Below are positions 61,354 to 64,000 of a DNA stretch of 64,000 nt, in pieces; positions within the stretch are counted from its first letter, which is position 1; each line of letters opens with the position of its first letter. The notes beneath the pieces are model-generated. The model was not told where the DNA came from. It did no database searches and was given only the letters and a program-made list of their open reading frames with translations. This stretch comes from an uncultured Clostridia bacterium (GTDB lineage: Bacteria > Bacillota > Clostridia > TANB77 > CAG-465). The stretch covers positions 9,066 through 73,065 of the forward strand of contig CALXEQ010000006.1 in NCBI GenBank assembly GCA_944387375.1, written 5' to 3'. Both the position numbers and the translations under genes were made by a program.

Positions 61354-62382
61354 ATGATAAGATTTGATTGTGATTATTTAGAGGGAGCACACCCTAAAAT
61401 ATTAAGAAAAATTGTGGACACAAATTATGAGCAAACACCAGGCTATGGTAATGACATTTATACCAAAAGTGCAATATCTAAGATAAAAAAGTTGTGTAAT
61501 AAAGAAAATATAGATGTTCACATTGTTTCTTGTGGAACACAAGTAAATTTAGTTGCAATTTCAAGTGCATTGAAACCATATCAAGGTGTTATTTGTGTGG
61601 ACACTGGTCATATAAATGTACATGAGGCAGGTGCAATTGAAGCAACTGGTCATAAAGTAATTATAACAAAAAATAGTAATGGAAAAATAACATCTAAAGA
61701 TATAGATAAGATAATGAAAGATTATCTAAATGATGGAGCATGTGAACATATGGTAATGCCTAAGATGGTATTTATTTCTTTTCCTACTGAATGTGGAACC
61801 ACTTATACAAAAGATGAATTAAAAACTATTTATGATATGTGTAAAAAATATGGTTTATATTTATATATAGATGGCGCAAGACTTGGATATGGATTAATGT
61901 CTAAAGATACAGATATAAATACATTAGAAGATATATCAGATTTTTGTGATATGTTTTGTATTGGAGGAACAAAATGTGGTGCTTTATTTGGTGAGGCATT
62001 AATAATTATAAATGATGAGTTAAAAATTGATTTTAGACACAATATGAAGCAAAGGGGAGCGCTTCTTGCAAAAGGAAGAATGCTTGGAATACAGTTTGAT
62101 GTATTAATGGATAATAATTTATATTTTAAAATATGTAAGCAAGCTGTAGATTTAGCTATGCAATTAAAAGAAGCTTTACTAAAAAAGGGATATAAACTAT
62201 TATATGATTCATATAGTAATCAGCAATTTGTAATAATAAATAATGATAAATTAAAAGAGCTTGAAAAAGATTTTTCCTTTTTTAAATGGAAAATAATTAA
62301 TGAGAATAATACAGCAATAAGAATTTGTACTTCTTGGGCTACAGTGGAGGAAAATGTGGATAAATTAATAGAAAAATTATAA
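61354..62382 (+). CDS. Low-specificity L-threonine aldolase (PLP enzyme)
   Basis: FDCDY, HINVHEAGA, DGARL, GGTKCG. Confidence 0.9.
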   Translation: MIRFDCDYLEGAHPKILRKIVDTNYEQTPGYGNDIYTKSAISKIKKLCNKENIDVHIVSCGTQVNLVAISSALKPYQGVICVDTGHINVHEAGAIEATGHKVIITKNSNGKITSKDIDKIMKDYLNDGACEHMVMPKMVFISFPTECGTTYTKDELKTIYDMCKKYGLYLYIDGARLGYGLMSKDTDINTLEDISDFCDMFCIGGTKCGALFGEALIIINDELKIDFRHNMKQRGALLAKGRMLGIQFDVLMDNNLYFKICKQAVDLAMQLKEALLKKGYKLLYDSYSNQQFVIINNDKLKELEKDFSFFKWKIINENNTAIRICTSWATVEENVDKLIEKL

Positions 62383-62400
62383 TAAAAAGGAGTAGGAGTT

Positions 62401-64000
62401 ATGAAACAAGAAGAAATACTTGAACTTTTAAATAAAATGACTTTAGATGAGAAAATTGGGCAGATGATTCAAATTAAGGTAAATGAAGCTAGAAATGAAA
62501 ATAAAGATTTAATATATAATGTAGGAAGCATTTTAAATTCTGTTGGGGCTAAAAATGTAAAAAAAATTCAAAGTGAATATTTATCAAAAAATAGATTGAA
62601 AATTCCATTACTTTTTATGGCAGATATTATAAATGGATATAAAACAATTTTCCCATCTCCATTAGCTCAAGGCTGCAGTTGGAATATAGAAGTTATAAGG
62701 AGAATAGCTGAAATATCAAGAAATGAATCTGCTTTTGCTGGTGTGAATGTAAACTTTTCTCCTATGGTTGATTTGGTAAGAGATGCAAGGTGGGGAAGAT
62801 GTTTTGAATCAGTAGGTGGAGAAGATCCTTTCTTAGCTAAGATTTATGCTAAAATAATAGTAGATGAATATCAAAAGAAAATGAATGATAATAAATTAAT
62901 GCAAGCATCTTGTGTAAAACATTTTGCAGCATATGGTGCTGTAGAGGCTGGAAGAGAATATAACACTGTAGATATGTCCAAAAGGGAACTTATGGAATAT
63001 TATATGCCTGGATATAAATCTGCTATAGACAGTGGAGCTCAAATGGTGATGACTTCGTTTAATATAATAAATGGAATACCGGCAACTGTTAATAATTGGT
63101 TATTAAAAGATACTTTAAGAAAAAAATGGAAATTTGATGGAGTAATAATAACAGATTATACTTCTATGCTAGAATGTATAAATCATGGCATTGCAAAGGA
63201 TGAAGAAGATGTAGCTAAAAAAGCGATAGATGCAGGTGTAGATATTGAAATGATAAGCACATGCTATATTGATAGTTTGAAAAAACTTGTTAAAGAAAAT
63301 AAAATTAGTATGGCACAAATTGATGAGGCTGTTTTAAGAATACTAAATTTAAAAAATAAATTGGGACTATTTGAAAATCCATATGGGTTTGCAGATGAAA
63401 ATATGGAGAAAAAATATGTTTTCTCATTAAAAAATTTAGAACAAGCAACCAAATTAACGGAAGAGACAATAGTTTTATTAAAAAATAAAAACAATATTTT
63501 ACCTTTGAATTCAAATAAAAGAGTAGCTTTAATAGGTCCATATGCAAATAATCGTGCAATTAGTAGTTCATGGTCTATATTTGTAGAAAATGAAAATACT
63601 AAAACATTAAAGGAAATTTTTGAAAAAAAGCTTGGAAAGAAAAATTTTGAGTACTCAGAAGGATGTAAACTACTAAAAAAACAAGAGTTAGAACAGCTAT
63701 TAAAAGTTCAGCCGGAAGAAATAAGGAATAATATGGAGCAATATGAAGATGGAGATATTCAAGGTGTAATAGAAGTCGCAAATAAAGCTGATATAATAAT
63801 ACTTGCAATAGGAGAACATTATCTGCAAACAGGTGAAGGTTGTTCACGTTCAAACATAGAAATTCCTAAAATACAACAAAATCTTTTAGATGAGCTATAT
63901 AAATTAAATAAACCAATAGTTGCAGTATTATTTAATGGTAGACCATTACAATTGAATAATATAGAAAACAAACTAGACGCAATAATTGAAGCATGGCTAC
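62401..64000 (+). CDS. Glycoside hydrolase family 3 beta-glucosidase (BglX-like), runs off the window end
   Basis: ATG 62401 after AGGAG; MTLDEKIGQM, RDARWGR, GEDP, KHF, ITDY nucleophile motif; no stop before 64000. Confidence 0.9.
   Translation, partial: MKQEEILELLNKMTLDEKIGQMIQIKVNEARNENKDLIYNVGSILNSVGAKNVKKIQSEYLSKNRLKIPLLFMADIINGYKTIFPSPLAQGCSWNIEVIRRIAEISRNESAFAGVNVNFSPMVDLVRDARWGRCFESVGGEDPFLAKIYAKIIVDEYQKKMNDNKLMQASCVKHFAAYGAVEAGREYNTVDMSKRELMEYYMPGYKSAIDSGAQMVMTSFNIINGIPATVNNWLLKDTLRKKWKFDGVIITDYTSMLECINHGIAKDEEDVAKKAIDAGVDIEMISTCYIDSLKKLVKENKISMAQIDEAVLRILNLKNKLGLFENPYGFADENMEKKYVFSLKNLEQATKLTEETIVLLKNKNNILPLNSNKRVALIGPYANNRAISSSWSIFVENENTKTLKEIFEKKLGKKNFEYSEGCKLLKKQELEQLLKVQPEEIRNNMEQYEDGDIQGVIEVANKADIIILAIGEHYLQTGEGCSRSNIEIPKIQQNLLDELYKLNKPIVAVLFNGRPLQLNNIENKLDAIIEAWL

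Noticed and set aside
3858-63853. Many short ORFs antisense to or overlapping known genes (e.g. 3858-4139, 14790-15119, 26719-27093, 29225-29734, 30999-31478, 43982-44398, 63264-63853)
   Set aside because: Shadow frames of well-supported genes, with no RBS or recognisable motifs
1-64000. CRISPR array, IS element or riboswitch
   Set aside because: No regularly spaced repeat-spacer units, transposase ORFs or recognisable riboswitch cores seen; intergenic inverted repeats are explained as intrinsic terminators

Overview
Very AT-rich chromosomal segment of a spore-forming, Clostridia-like Firmicute. It is mostly housekeeping: spmAB, mutS-mutL-miaA, dut, lemA-htpX, rsmA, dnaD/dnaC-like, gyrA, rnpB, ffs-dnaX-ybaB-recR, murI, a WalRK-like two-component system, tatD, hpt, a P-type ATPase, htpG with CIRCE, an ABC transporter, threonine aldolase and a partial GH3, plus a tRNA Lys-Glu-Thr operon. 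I see no CRISPR array, transposase, integrase or phage structural genes. Most notable observations: (1) type IV secretion/conjugation-like genes (a VirB2-pilin/VirB6/VirB3-PrgI-like triad and a separate VirD4 coupling protein) sit among core genes with no mobile-element context, suggesting a domesticated, dispersed T4SS; (2) a 1.6-kb integrase-less cassette is bounded by a 145-bp direct repeat of the tRNA-Thr 3' part plus its terminators; (3) a tandem pair of calcineurin-like metallophosphoesterases, one intact and one with degenerate motifs; (4) two possible decoding anomalies, a +1 frameshift at the only in-frame CGG codon I found and an in-frame TGA at a likely Trp position in a window where TGA is almost unused as a stop; (5) a minimal ~77-nt SRP RNA; (6) a YabE/RpfB-position protein carrying an SLT domain. 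All family calls come from motif recognition by eye, not database searches.
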